Shown one piece after another: positions 13,057-27,845 of a stretch of 64,000 bases of DNA (its first letter is position 1; every line of letters begins with the position of its first letter). The stretch covers positions 39,370,001-39,434,000 of the forward strand of contig NC_047026.1 of the NCBI RefSeq assembly GCF_902652985.1. Reading direction: 5' to 3'. The DNA comes from Pecten maximus. Its lineage: Eukaryota. The position numbers were made by a program, and so were the translations under genes. The notes under the pieces were generated by a model. That model searched no databases. It saw only the letters and a program-made list of their open reading frames with translations, and was not told the DNA's origin.

Positions 13057-16000
13057 TCAGAAGTAAATCTGCTTGGCTTCCATGGGTAGCTGTTCTATAG
13101 GGCAGTAAGGACACTTCACTCTACAATACAAGTTTACAACATGTACTTATGTCATACAAAATGAATATTATCCAAGTATATTTATTCATGAAATAAAAAC
13201 CTATATATTAGTGTTAAAGTTTCAGTTAAATTATTTGAACAATAGTTTTAAAGTATATTTTTGTTTATTTCATATTTAAGAGACTCCAATCATCTGCACA
13301 GAATAGGAGAGTTCCACAGACTTTAAGTCACTATATATATAAACTTACTTTGTTCCATTAGAAAGTTTTGTTAGGGCGTCCTTTGATATCACATGACCAC
13401 AAATAAGCCTCATAGGAGGGTTGGCATCTGTTGTCTGTTGGCGAAGGATTGGGCAGGCAAATGTGGAGTGGTACCTGTAGTCTTTTCCCAGATCTATCTC
13501 TACCTGTAATTACAATACAGGTAAGGATTACAAAAAGTGTCACACTAAAGTCTTACCAAATGGTGACACCTCAATTCTTAACACATGGTGACACCCTCAA
13601 GTCTTAACAGATGGTGACACACGCAAGTTTTAACAGATAGTGACACCCTCAAGTCTTAACACATGGTGACATCCTCAACTTTTAACAGATGGTGACACCT
13701 CAAGTCTTAACAGATGGTGACACCCTCAAGTCGTAACAAATGGTGACACCTTCAAGTCTTAACAAATGGCGACACCCTCAAGTCTTAACAGATGGTGACA
13801 CCCTCAAGTCTTAACAGATGGTAACACCCTCAAGTCTTAACAAATGGCGACACCCTCAAGTCTTAACAGATGGTAACACCTTCAAGTCTTAACAGATAGT
13901 GACACCTCAAGTTTTAACACATGGTGACACCTCAAGTCTTAACACATGGTAACACCCTCAAGTTTTAACAAATGGTGACACCCTCGAGTCTTAACAGATG
14001 GTAACACCTTCAAGTCTTAACAGATGGTGACACCCTCAAGTCTTAACAGATGGTAACACCTTCAAGTCTTAACAGATGGTGACACCCTCAAGTCTTAACA
14101 GATGGTAACACCTTCAAGTCTTAACACATGGTGACACCCTCAATTCTTAACACATGGTGACATCCTCAAGTCTTAACAGATTGTGACACCCTCATGTTTT
14201 AACAGATGGTGACACCTCAAGTCTTAACAGATTGTGACACCCTCATGTTTTAACAGATGGTGACACCTCAAGTCTTAACAGATGGTAACACCCTCAAGTC
14301 TTAAGAGATAGTGACCCCTCAAGTCTTAACAGATGGTGACACCCTCAAGTTTTAACAGATAGTGACACCTCAAGTTTTAACAGATTGTGACACCCTCAAG
14401 TCTTAAGAGATAGTGACCCCTCAAGTCTTAACAGATAGTGACACCCTCAAGTCTTAACAGATAGTGACACCTCAAGTTTAAACAGATGGTGACACCCTCG
14501 TCGTAACATACAAACCATGTCCCACTGAAGTCCAACACAATGTCTCGCCCTCTAGTGTAACAAATAGTGTCAACCTAAAGCCTTGACAAATGGTGACAAC
14601 CTCAAATCTAAAAAATAGTGACACAATCAAGTCCTAAATGATGACACCTCGAAATTAAACATTTGGTGACACCCTTAAATCTAGCAAATGGTGGTGACAC
14701 CTTGAAGTCTAACGAACTGTGTCACCTTCAAGTATAACAACTGTCATCCTTAAGTCTAACAAGCCATGTTACCCTCAAGTGTAACAAGCCATGTCATCCT
14801 CAAGTGTAACAAGTCATGTCACCCTCAAGTGTAACAAGTCATGTCACCCTCGAGTGTAACAAGTCATGTCACCCTCGAGTGTAACAAGCCTTGTCACCCT
14901 CAAGTGTAACAAGTCATGTCATCCTCAAGTGTAACAAGTCATGTCACCCTTAAGTGTAACAAGTCATGTCACCCTCGAGTGTAACAAGCCTTGTCACCCT
15001 CAAGTGTAACAAGTCATGTCATCCTCAAGTGTAACAAGTCATGTCATCCTCAGGTGTAACAAGCCATGTCACCCTCAAGTGTAACAAGTCATGTAACCTT
15101 CAAGTGTAACAAGTCATGTCACCCTCAAGTGTAACAAGTCTTGTCATCCTCAAGTGTAACAAGTCATGTCATCCTCAAGTGTAACAAGTCATGTCACCCT
15201 CAAGTGTAACAAGTCATGTCACCCTCAAGTGTAACAAGTCATGTCACCCTCAAGTGTAACAAATCATGTCACCCTCAAGTGTAACAAGTCATGTCACCCT
15301 CAAGTGTAACAAGTCATGTCACCCTCAAGTGTAACAAGTCATGTCATCCTCAAGTCAAACAAGTCATGTCACCCTCAAGTGTAACAAGTCTTGTCATCCT
15401 CAAGTGTAAACAACTGTGTCATCCTCAAGTCAAACATCATCCAAAAGAGAAAAGCAATCAAAATTGTTCCTTAGCCTTTTGTTAAAAACAAATCTTTTAT
15501 TTCTTATGAAGCTCCTTCAAATGTTCAACAGATGTACATTATGATAGCATGAATTAAACAGATGGTTGAATTCAGGTTATAAGCCTAAGTTAAGGAACTA
15601 AACAAAATACGATTAAACAACTACATCCATTTTGAAGTATCCAGTTTGTAAACCTACCGGTAACTCGTCCTTGTTACTCCAGACCCCCGACACCTGTCGT
15701 TGCTGCATCACTTGTCTGATGTTGAGTAGTGGAGGTAAAGCCAGACAACCTGCTCGAATACTGTACATAAAAACAAAGGGTAGGTCTTAATAACAGTTCA
15801 GGACATTTCAAATGATTATTACAAACACTCTAAACTAATGACTTCAATCAGAGACCTCCACAACCATACATACATTGTACAATGTAACTATTGATGTAGA
15901 GTGTATGTAGTGAAATCCAACATTTACTGAGAAATAACTCCTAGGGTAATATGACTAATATATCAACTATGTATTTACCTGTACATTACTGTCAGGGTAA

Positions 16001-19000
16001 TATATATTAGCCATGTCTTTACCTGTACATTACTGTCAGGGTAATATATATTAGCCATGTCTTTACCTGTACATTACTGTCAGGGTAATATTAACCATGT
16101 ATTTACCTGTACATTACTGTCAGGGTAATATCAACTATATATTTACCTGTACATTACTGTCAGGGTAATATTAACCATGTATTTACCTGTACATTACTGT
16201 CAGGGTAATATTAACCATGTATTTACCTGTACATTACTGTCGGGGTAATATTAACCGTGTATTTACCTGTACATTACTGTCAGGGTAATATAAACCATGG
16301 ATTTACCTGTACATTACTGTCAAGGTAATATTAACTATGTATTTACCTGTACATTACTGTCAGGGTAATATTAACCATGTGTTTACATGTACATTACTAT
16401 CAGGGTAATATTAACCATGTATTTACCTGTACATTACTGTCAGGGTAATATTAACTATGTATTTACCTGTACATTACTGTCAGGGTAATATTAACCATGT
16501 ATTTACCTGTACATTACTGTCAGGGTAATATATATTAGCCATGTCTTTACCTGTACATTACTGTCAGGGTAATATTAACCATGTATTTACCTGTACATTA
16601 CTGTCAGGGTAATATTAACCATGTATTTACCTGTACATTACTGTCAGGGTAATATTAACCATGTATTTACCTGTACATTACTGTCAGGGTAATATTAACC
16701 ATGTATTTACCTGTACATTACTGTCAGGGTAATATTAACTATGTATTTACCTGTACATTACTGTCAGGGTAATATTAACCATGTATTTACCTGTACATTA
16801 CTGTCAGGGTAATATAAACCATGTATTTACCTGTACATTACTGTCAGGGTAATATTAACCATGTATTTACCTGTACATTACTGTCAGGGTAATATTAACC
16901 ATGTATTTACCTGTACATTACTGTCAGGGTAATATTAACCATGTATTTACCTGTACATTACTGTCAGGGTAATATTAACCATGTATTACCTGTACATTAC
17001 TGTCAGGGTAATATTAACCATGTATTTACCTGTACATTACTGTCAGGGTAATATTAACCATGTATTTACCTGTACATTACTGTCAGGGTAATATTAACTA
17101 TGTATTTACCTGTACATTACTGTCAGGGTAATATTAACTATGTATTTACCTGTACATTACTGTCAGGGTAATATTAACCATGTATTTACCTGTACATTAC
17201 TGTCAGGGTAATATTAACTATGTATTTACCTGTACATTACTGTCAGGGTAATATTAACCATGTATTTACCTGTACATTACTGTCAGGGGTAAATATTAAA
17301 CCATGTATTTACCTGTACATTACTGTCAGGGTAATATTAACCATGTATTTACCTGTACATACTGTCAGGGTATATTAACCATGTATTTACCTGTACATTA
17401 CTGTCAGGGTAATATTAACCATGTATTTACCTGTACATTACTGTCAGGGTAATATTAACCATTTATTTACCTGTACATAACTGTCAGGGTAATATTAACC
17501 ATGGATTTACCTGTACATTACTGTCAAGGTAATATTAACTATGTATTTACCTGTACATTACTGTCAGGGTAATATTAACTATGTATTTACCTGTACATTA
17601 CTGTCAGGGTAATATTAACCATGTGTTTACCTGTACATTACTGTCAGGGTAATATTAACTATGTATTTACCTGTACAGTACTATCAGGGTAACATAAACC
17701 ATGTATTTACCTGTACATTACTGTCAGGGTAATATTAACTATGTATTTACCTGTACAGTACTATCAGGGTAATATTAACCATGCATTTACCTGTACATTA
17801 CTGTCAGGGTAATATTAACCATGTATTTACCTGTACATTACTGTCGGGGTAATATAAACCATGTATTTACCTGTACATTACTGTCAGGGTAATATTAACC
17901 GTGTATTTACCTGTACATTACTGTCAGGGTAATACTAACCACGTGTTTACCTGTACATAACTGTCAGGGTAATATTAACCACGTGTTTACCTGTACATTA
18001 CTGTCAGGGTAATATTAACCATGTGTTTACCTGTACATTACTGTCAGGGTAATATTAACCATGTATTTACCTGTACATTACTGTCAGGGTAATATTAACC
18101 ACGTGTTTACCTGTACATTACTGTCAGGGTAATATTAACCACGTGTTTACCTGTACATTACTGTCAGGGTAATATAAACCATGTATTTACCTGTACATTA
18201 CTGTCAGGGTAATATTAACCATGTATTTACCTGTACATTACTGTCAGGGTAATATTAACCATGTTTTTACCTGTACATTACTGTCAGGGTAATATTAACT
18301 ATGTATTTACCTGTACATTACTGTCAGGGTAATATTAGCCATGTATTTTCTCTGTACCTGACACTAAGAGGACTCTCTACAGACATCCCCAACAAACAGC
18401 AAGCATCTCTTGTAAACACGTCACATATCTCATCCCAGTAGATTGGAGCCACTAGATGGGCATAAGGAGAATTCTCAATCCCCTGTCTTAAATACAGCAT
18501 ACTTCCCATCAACACCTGCAGGTCTGAAAGATAAATGTATTGTCAGTACAATGACTGACAAGAAACAAAATCTAAAGATGCTATCGGGATATTCCACAGT
18601 GATCTAGTTCTAAATGGAGATAAGGGGGCCTATACATTAACAACTCCAAAACCAAGCACATGTACTAGCAAATTGTTGATTGATTTTCCAATGAGATTAT
18701 ATTGTATATATATTTAATACTAACAGCATTTGTGCATATTTGCTTTTCTTTATGAAAATATTCGATAGGTATAACAGTTGCAAAGATGTTTTTACAAATC
18801 TTAAATGTGTGAATAAGTGATAGGCTTTGGCAGGTAACTATATTGAATACCTATTAAACCATGTATCAGACATACCTCTTGGATACTGGCTGGCAAACTG
18901 AGACAGATGTCTGGAGTAGTACAGTGCCTCAGTTTGTGACATACGACCTTGACGTAGGAGGTCAATGAACTTTAATCGATGCAGCTTAAACTCTAAGCAA

Positions 19001-22000
19001 CTGTTGATTTCTCGTAATCTGTCTTTATTTGATGTCGCCCAACTGAAGATAAGACAAAGAGTTTTTTATAATCCGATAAAGTCTTGGGATAATTATTCTG
19101 GAAGACTTAACACAGAGATCTCCTTCATATGTAAATTACATGACACTACAAAAAATATGCTAATATGATGAACATTTGATAGACACTTCTACTTCTAACC
19201 TACATAAATAACAACAATGCTTACCATAATGCTGGTTCTAAATCTTTCTGTTTCAAAGCTCCAAGTATCCTATGTAATTCTAAAAATGGTTCTTTTTTCT
19301 CTTCAGCAATTTCTAAATTTGCCTCCTGTAACCATGAAATGCATATATAGAGTAAGACAATGTTGTGGTATGTATCAAGGGGAAAAAAACAATGCAGGAA
19401 GACATCTCCTTAGAGTGTCAATGTGTCCTAGTAGAAGCTTTTTTACTTTTACATGAGATTCTGGAGTACAGAGCTACTGTACAGCAAAGCTTAAACTTGG
19501 AGTAAAAAAAAATTTGATATTACAGGAACAGGTTATGTATACAATATACATGTACAGTGCAAGCTTGATTTTCATATGAATCAGAGATGGTACTGACTGT
19601 ACTATACATAGGTATCAATGAACTTCAGAAATTCATTTCAAAGGATCGATCAGTTCAAAGAAACTTGTACATATACCACACATGCACCATTTGTATATAC
19701 CACACCTATACAGTTTGTATACCACACCTGTACAGTTTGTATACCACACACATACAGTTTGTATATCAAACATGTACAGTTTGTATACCACACCTGTACA
19801 GTTTGTATACCACACCTGTACAGTTTGTATACCACACCTGTACAGTTTGTATACCACACCTGTACAGTTTGTATACCACACCCGTACAGTTTGTATACCA
19901 CACCCGTACAGTTTGTATACCACACCCGTACAGTTTGTATACCACACCTTTACAGTTTGTTTACCACACCTGTACAGTTTGTATACCACACACGTACAGT
20001 TTGTATACCACACCCGTACAGTTTGTATACCACACACGTACAGTTTGTTTACCACACCCTTACAGTTTGTATACCACACCCGTACAGTTTGTATACCACA
20101 CACGTACAGTTTGTATACCACACCTGTACAGTTTGTATACCACACACGTACAGTTTGTATACCACACCTGTACAGTTTGTATACCACACCTGTACAGTTT
20201 GTATACCACACACGTACGGTTTGTATACCACACACGTTCAGTTTGTATACCACACACGTACAGTTTGTATACCACACACGTACAGTTTGTATACCACACC
20301 TGTACAGTTTGTATACCACACCTGTACAGTTTGTATACCACACCTGTACATTTTGTATACCACACCTGTACAGTTTGTTTACCACACCTGTACAGTTTGT
20401 ATACCACACACGTACAGTTTGTATACCACACACGTACAGTTTGTTTACCACACCTGTACAGTTTGTATACCACACCTGTACATTTTGTATACCACACCTG
20501 TACAGTTTGTTTACCACACCTGTACAGTTTGTATACCACACCTGTACAGTTTGTATACCACACACGTACAGTTTGTATACCACACACGTACGGTTTGTAT
20601 ACCACACACGTACGGTTTGTTTACCACACCTGTACAGTTTGTATACCACACCTGTACAGTTTGTATACCACACACGTACAGTTTGTATACCACACCCGTA
20701 CAGTTTGTATACCACACCCGTACAGTTTGTATACCACACCTTTACAGTTTGTATACCACACACGTACAGTTTGTATACCACACCCGTACAGTTTGTATAC
20801 CACACACGTACAGTTTGTTTACCACACCCGTACAGTTTGTATACCACACCCGTACAGTTTGTATACCACACACGTACAGTTTGTATACCACACCCCTACA
20901 GTTTGTATACCACACACGTACAGTTTGTTTACCACACCTGTACAGTTTGTATACCACACACGTACAGTTTGTATACCACACCTGTACAGTTTGTATACCA
21001 CACCTGTACAGTTTGTATACCACACACGTACGGTTTGTATACCACACACGTTCAGTTTGTATACCACACACGTAGTTTGTATACCACACACGTACAGTTT
21101 GTATACCACACACGTACAGTTTGTATACCACACCTGTACAGTTTGTATACCACACCTGTACATTTTGTATACCACACCTGTACAGTTTGTTTACCACACC
21201 TGTACAGTTTGTATACCACACACGTACAGTTTGTATACCACACACGTACAGTTTGTTTACCACACCTGTACAGTTTGTATACCACACCTGTACATTTTGT
21301 ATACCACACCTGTACAGTTTGTATACCACACCTGTACAGTTTGTATACCACACACGTACAGTTTGTATACCACACACGTACGGTTTGTATACCACACACG
21401 TACGGTTTGTATACCACACACGTACGGTTTGTTTACCACACCTGTACAGTTTGTATACCACACACGTAGTTTGTATACCACACACGTACAGTTTGTATAC
21501 CACACCTGTACTGTTTGTATACCACACCTGTACAGTTTGTATACCACACCTGTACAGTTTGTATACCACACCTGTACAGTTTGTATACCACACCTGTACA
21601 GTTTGTATACCACACCTGTACAGTTTGTATACCACACACGTACAGTTTGTATACCACACCCGTACAGTTTGTATACCACACACGTACAGTTTGTATACCA
21701 CACCTGTACAGTTTGTATACCACACCCGTACAGTTTGTATACCACACACGTACAGTTTGTATACCACACACGTACAGTTTGTATACCACACCCGTACAGT
21801 TTGTATACCACACACGTACAGTTTGTTTACCACACCTGTACAGTTTGTATACCACACATGTACAGTTTGTATACCACACCCGTACAGTTTGTATACCACA
21901 CACGTACAGTTTGTATACCACACACGTACAGTTTGTATACCACACACGTACAGTTTGTTTACCACACCTGTACAGTTTGTATACCACACCTGTACAGTTT

Positions 22001-23946
22001 GTATACCACACCTGTACAGTTTGTATACCACACACGTACAGTTTGTATACCACACACGTACAGTTTGTATACCACACCTATACAGTTTGTATACCACACC
22101 TGTACAGTTTGTATACCACACACATACAGTTTGTATATCAAACACGTACAGTTTGTATACCACACCTGTACAGTTTGTATACCACACACGTACAGTTTGT
22201 ATACCACACCTGTACAGTTTGTATACCACACCTGTACAGTTTGTATACCACACCCGTACAGTTTGTATACCACACCCGTACAGTTTGTATACCACACACG
22301 TACAGTTTGTATACCACACACGTACAGTTTGTATACCACACACGTACAGTTTGTATACCACACCCGTACCGTGACAAGAGCATCAGCGATGTCCAGCATC
22401 CCCTGTCTCATGAAGTGTTCACAGACAACTTCGTTTAAAAGGTCAGTTTTCTCCACTCCTTCAAATGCACCATCAGTTGCTATAGATGTCAAATCATTGA
22501 CAAAATTCTGAAAATTCAAAGAGATTTCTTGAAACGTCTAATTACTGATTCATGATGACAGAGAATTTGAAGAGAGAGAGAAAAAAAGGAAAATATTAAT
22601 GAAATTCAACACAGGCCCTCACATCTTACAGTTCTATATATCAATAAATGATCACCCAAAAATACATGTGATCATGACAGGTAATAAAAAAGAGCTCAAT
22701 GATATAATTCTAGTCAAAAAAATTCTTTATATAAATTAGTTTTCCTGCATAGAGCTAATCACATCTAAAGCAGCATATAGCGCTTTTTCAGTATTATTTA
22801 TCCTGTATTAACCATTGGCTATTATATATAACACATAAATTGATACTAAGAAGGGCTTCAAGACAATGAAATAGCAATGACCTAGACTGAATGTTATATC
22901 ATATCAGCTATAGCTGACATATTTTACTTGAATAAAAACAACTTTTAATCTATAACCTGATTAAAATCCCTACCCTGTCAATTGATTTTCCAACTTTGGA
23001 TACAGTGCTGTGTAGCTCTTTATGTTCCTGTCCCAAACGAGAGACAGCTTCCTTGATCCGGCGAACAGTCTGTGTTAATATCAAGGTTTGAGTTGCAGTA
23101 AGCTTGCTGTCTGTAAATATAACAGGGCTTGTATTAACCTTCATATTATCACTAAACATGTACAATTTTTCTCCTTAATTATAATGATTGTATAATACCA
23201 CAGGAAAGGGAAAGAGTGACAGAGCTGGACCAGGATTTGATTTGATCTTATATTTATATGACAATACAAACTATATACAAACTCAAGATGAAGCTGGAAT
23301 TATGCAAAAAGTTGGGTTTTTTTTTTTCAATTTAGCCTGAGAGTATCAGTAAGGCCAGTCCAGTCATTTCAACACCTTATATATATATAATTAGATCTAG
23401 ATAAACAAGAGTATCACGTTGTTTCACCTGTCTAAAATGATCTATTTATAATTAAGATCTTGAGTACAATCCATAAGGCATAACTCATATAATATGGTAA
23501 CAAGAAAGTGAGTAGTATATATATATATAATTATATCAGCTTGACTATCAAAAGTCATTATAAAACAGTGATTAATTTGAGAATCTGATCTGGATTTGAA
23601 ATATTCAGTAGGTATACAGCGTTAGCTAAGCATAATGTCATTCATGTTGAAGTTCTATATGATAGTGATCTTGTTTGTATCGAAGTCACAATACAAGTGA
23701 AATATTAACATTGCTGATCACTGACCAAACTTGTTGAAGACAAAAGAAAAACAAGTCTTAACCACTAAAGTATATTCAAATATAAATCCGTCTGAAGGAA
23801 ATATACTTACCGTCACTTAGCTCCCGCTGTATACTTTGAATTGAATTACACAATTCTTCTAAATTTTTGTTTGAGTGGTCCTTCAAACCAGCAAATTTAT
23901 TAAATACTTTCTCAACTTCTCTCTCTACTGCATTGCAAGACTCCAT
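13057..23946 (-). CDS. RMND5A: E3 ubiquitin ligase RMND5 (Gid2), CTLH/GID complex RING subunit, 388 aa
   Basis: Nine GT-AG exons: 23946-23811, 23110-22974, 22507-22370, 19325-19225, 19042-18876, 18523-18358, 15760-15658, 13503-13349, 13120-13057 (1167 nt, phases consistent). Protein [27 protein letters not shown] (LisH)..[21 protein letters not shown] (CTLH)..[55 protein letters not shown]. Likely a single invertebrate orthologue of RMND5A/B. Confidence 0.96.
13545..14505. repeat. 26-bp minisatellite (RMND5 intron 7)
   Basis: Unit gatggtgacaccctcaagtcttaaca. Confidence 0.93.
14750..15432. repeat. 25-bp minisatellite related to the adjacent 26-bp array
   Basis: Unit gtcatgtcaccctcaagtgtaacaa; shares caccctcaagt..taaca with the 26-mer. 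Confidence 0.93.
15969..18357 (-). repeat. 40-bp minisatellite (~59 copies) starting at the RMND5 exon 6 donor
   Basis: Plus-strand unit catgtatttacctgtacattactgtcagggtaatattaac; the first transcript-sense copy begins at the intron GT (18357). Confidence 0.96.
19670..22369 (-). repeat. 22-bp minisatellite (~120 copies) starting at the RMND5 exon 3 donor
   Basis: Plus-strand unit cagtttgtataccacacctgta with acg/ccg variants; the array ends exactly at the donor (22369). Confidence 0.96.
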
Positions 23947-23974
23947 TTTTGTTTCTCAACCTTGACCTTTTGTT

Positions 23975-24155
23975 ATGAACTTCCGTTCCATTTTTTGTCA
24001 TTATTTAACAAAATAGTTTGGATTTGCTTATTGTAATGTAAATTATAACAAATATGAAGTAGGGGCAGTATCTCAATGACATCGAAAAAAAATAACAGAA
24101 AAAAAGAGGAAAACACCGAGAAATAATTTTACCGGAAGCTCTACCGGAAGTAATA
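23975..24155. promoter_or_regulatory. Putative RMND5 proximal promoter with ETS-type motifs
   Basis: Tandem accggaagc / accggaagt at 24131-24151 and acttccg at ~23979, within 200 bp upstream of the ATG. Motif evidence only. Confidence 0.35.
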
Positions 24156-25003
24156 AAGCTTGTGGAAAGCTACTACCAGCAGGAAAACTAATGACCGGAT
24201 AATTTGTGTTATAATAACAACGAGGTTCTAACATATGTGTTCAAGCAAATAATATTAATTCGCTTTGGCGGTCACATGAACCAAATTCAAATCTTTAAAC
24301 AACTCCTGCCTAACGAGCTAAAGAGGTGGTCGAGGATTTTGAACAGTCAAATATATGAACAATCTTATTATTTTGAAGCCAATATGGTCGAATTTGTTAA
24401 CAACCAACAGTAATTAAAGTTAAATGATATTCGGTAAATAACATGCTGGAGTTAATTACCTTGACCCAGAACCAGTTTTAAAGGTCTTGTATGTGTCAAA
24501 TTTGTAAATATCTTTTGGAAGGCCTTAAATGGCGAGGATTCCCTGGTCATATTGACTTGGCACCAATTCCTAATTCACGGTCCATATATATCATGATATG
24601 GGTGGGAATTCTTGCCAAGCCCCTGTGTCTTGGATCATGAAGTAAGGCAAGTGGCATGCTGAAGCAAGTTGTTCAAATGAGTGACCTTGGCTTGGATCAC
24701 AGGGGTCAAATATGTCACCCTGTTTAAATGGCTACATTCAAATAACCAATATGCCCAGATACAATATATACACTTTATACGGTCTGTATATAGCATGCTG
24801 AGGTGAATGGCCAGTTCGTTTAACGAATTTCCTGGACTTTCCTCAAATCTCCTAGCCTGTTGATTGTTCAGTTCTCAAGTGTCGAAAATAACATATATTT
24901 TCAAAATGTATTATAATGTCAACTTTGTCGTTTATCTTTTTTCGAGTTATTTGTTGCAATTAATCCGAATGTTTCTGCCGCTCAAACCATCCACACTTAT
25001 TTA

Positions 25004-25628
25004 ACAAGAGCTCCACAAGCGGGAGAATGATACGCGCGTCACTGGAAAACTTGACGACCACAGGAACATGTAGCGATAAGCAATAAGTTAGATATGTTGT
25101 AAGTTCCCTGTTTGGAATTATAATCGATTTACATGTACTTTAATGTACCGGTATTCATAGTATGGTCCCTTTGTATAATCTCTTAAATTTTCCTTTTATT
25201 CTATCTTACTGTTATTTATATACTATGCTTATTTAAATGAAACTTGATACACACATTTACTCAGGCATGATTTTGCAGCTAAGAAAACATAGTTGAACTT
25301 TTGAGAAAAAAATGCCCCCCCCCCCAATTTTTTTACTCATTTATTTGTATGATTTCAAGTCAATTCACGAACTTAATATATTTCTTATTTTAAAGATGAA
25401 AATAGCTGATTTCGGCTAAATAGCTGAAATAATCATGTATGAATACTAATGTTTTATAATTAGATCTACTATATTGTTGTTTATTTTGTTTTTTGTTTGT
25501 TTGGTTTTTTTTATGTTTTTTTTTTTTTGTGTTTTCAAATGCACTTTGTTAAATTGCCAAATAACACCATGGACGTACGTACAGCGCAGGATATACCATA
25601 ATACGACCCGTCGTTGACGGGCGTATAA
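25004..25628. mobile_element. Degenerate Helentron-associated (HINE/pearl-like) element remnants
   Basis: aacaagagctcc.. start, ggacgtacgt microsatellite remnant and terminal hairpin atacgacccgtcgttgacgggcgtat (25601-25626), as recalled for bivalve HINEs; boundaries uncertain. Confidence 0.4.
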
Positions 25629-26424
25629 ACCCCCTAATATATGTTGAACACCATTGTTTCTTGTTGTAGTGAACAAACTCTTAGAGGAAATGAATAAGAA
25701 ATAGGAAACTGATTGCATTTTCTACACAATGCCCATATTTGGTAATAAAAGGGGCATAACTCTGGTAAAAATAATCACCAAATCCCGTAACACGAATCGA
25801 ACTCGTTCGAGCTATTGTGGTACAGAAGATTTGTAGCAAGTTTCATAAAAACAAGGAAAAGTTAACGGACGTACGACCGTCATATATTTTATTTTGATTT
25901 CATTTGGATTATCCTCTATCTACATGCGAGGTTGGACTTTTCTGTATATATAACAGAGTTCGAAAATAACATATGTCACTAAAACATCTTTAGTTTAACC
26001 ATACTTATTGGCAAAAACTAAAGTTTTTGTTAATTACGTCATCATTTTCTGCTGGTCACTACATGTACACACTCAGCCACAAACTTGTAGGCCGGTTTTA
26101 TACGTAAGTACAAACTCAGCTTTTCTCCTTAAACTGAAAATGCATTTGTATGAAGTGAAAACATTTTCCAACTATGAATAAATCTATGGGCCCGTCGCAT
26201 ATTATGGTACTATTATAGGAATTAGCGCAGAGCAAGTTCAATTATTTCGAGATGTCACGATTTTACAAAATATTTCATCGTTCGGTAAATAATGCTGGAT
26301 CAACAAGAAGAAGGCCTTACTTAGGACAGAGATTTTTTTTCAGTGTCCCGACAGCATAAAACACCAAAGAAAATCCCAAATAATATTCTGGGAAATTATA
26401 TCTATCTCGACCCTGCCCTAAGAG

Positions 26425-26511
26425 CACAGGGGCTTGGCACGATGATAGTCCATTTATATATGTACATATATATATAGACTATCATTTGGAAAATCGTGCC
26501 AAGCCCCTGTG
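26425..26511. mobile_element. 87-bp MITE with perfect TIRs and 8-bp TSD
   Basis: TIR cacaggggcttggcacgat / atcgtgccaagcccctgtg; cctaagag at both 26417-26424 and 26512-26519. Confidence 0.85.
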
Positions 26512-27845
26512 CCTAAGAGGGGAAACGACATCGTTCTCTCGCGATCCATCGAGTGAGATACAACAGGTCCTGTCCCGCTCCTGTACGGGCTTAGTAGGGC
26601 GCCATTTTACTGTGTACTCCTATTTAGTATTATCACTTACTATAACCGGCTAAGTCATATCACAAGTGACACTTAGTAACACTTAGTAACACTTAGTAAC
26701 ACTTAGTCGTTTTCGAATGAGTTATATCACTTAGTGATCAGTTGTTGTATATATTGGTATGCCGGATAGTTCTGTTGTCATCACCCTAACTTTTATTTGA
26801 TATTGTGGCTAACCCCGGATTTGACCTAGATTTGTTTTGGCGCTTACCCCCTCCGGAGCAACTGCTATTATTATCCTTGTACTTTTTCAGAAATCTCCGG
26901 GCAAATCTGTATTTTTTCTTTAGGCTTTTGTTTATATATATATGTTGCTCTCGTTTAATCGATTTTTAGTTTGAATTATGGTTTCGTTAATCATTGTATC
27001 GACATCCTTTGTTGTTTTCTAATACTTTGGTGAGCATTGATATGATTCAAGATTTGTTTTACTAAAGCTCTTCGTAATATTCAAGGTAATATACCTGAAA
27101 AAGTATCAGCGTGAACCGGCCTATACGATCCGGATATTAGTCTTTCTCTTTAGAATATGCTAATCATTAGGGTCAAAGTGCACGCACACACATGGCCAAA
27201 TGTCAAGATTTACATAGCAACTTGATATTTATTACATATGTGGACTTTTATGTGACAGATTAAAGTTTGTTGTTTTGTAGAAACAAGACGGACATAAATT
27301 AATATAAAAGGGAACCGATGTTCCGGAGGTCTGTCAAGGAATAGCAAGAAGAGCAATACAGTAACGTTACTCTGCTTTACATAATCTGTGTTAGTGTGTA
27401 AGTTGTAACATAGTCACTATAGATTGTCGAGATCACACTCCACTGATGGGCTACGATGAGCTGTGATCGATCACAAGACTCTGCGAGGTTATTGCGTTAT
27501 ACCTGTAGTACTCGGTGGATAAAATATTAACGTTTGCTACCCAATCGGAAGGTGGCATAAAAACCGGACACCAGTTATATATCGGTTATTTCAAAGGTCA
27601 CTTCATATCTCTTGACCTGGACTGGATTTATAGATAGTTCAAACACACGAGGATATATATCACTATATCTGGATATTACGAAAAGTAAATATATCGGTGT
27701 GGGTTATAAATTAATGTGTATAAGTACATTCTAACCTGACGTATAAAACAATCCTATTTGTGGGTAGATCACTAAGCTGTGGTGGGACTGCTGATCGAGG
27801 CTCGTTGGATTGTTGAACTACCTTTAATCATACAGCTACGACAGA

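Noticed and set aside
19587-22511. 974-aa ORF and many overlapping long ORFs on both strands
   Set aside because: Translations of a nearly stop-free 22-bp minisatellite inside RMND5 intron 3; open in several frames at once.
26670-26707. 10-bp tandem repeat acttagtaac
   Set aside because: Short ordinary repeat with no further structure.
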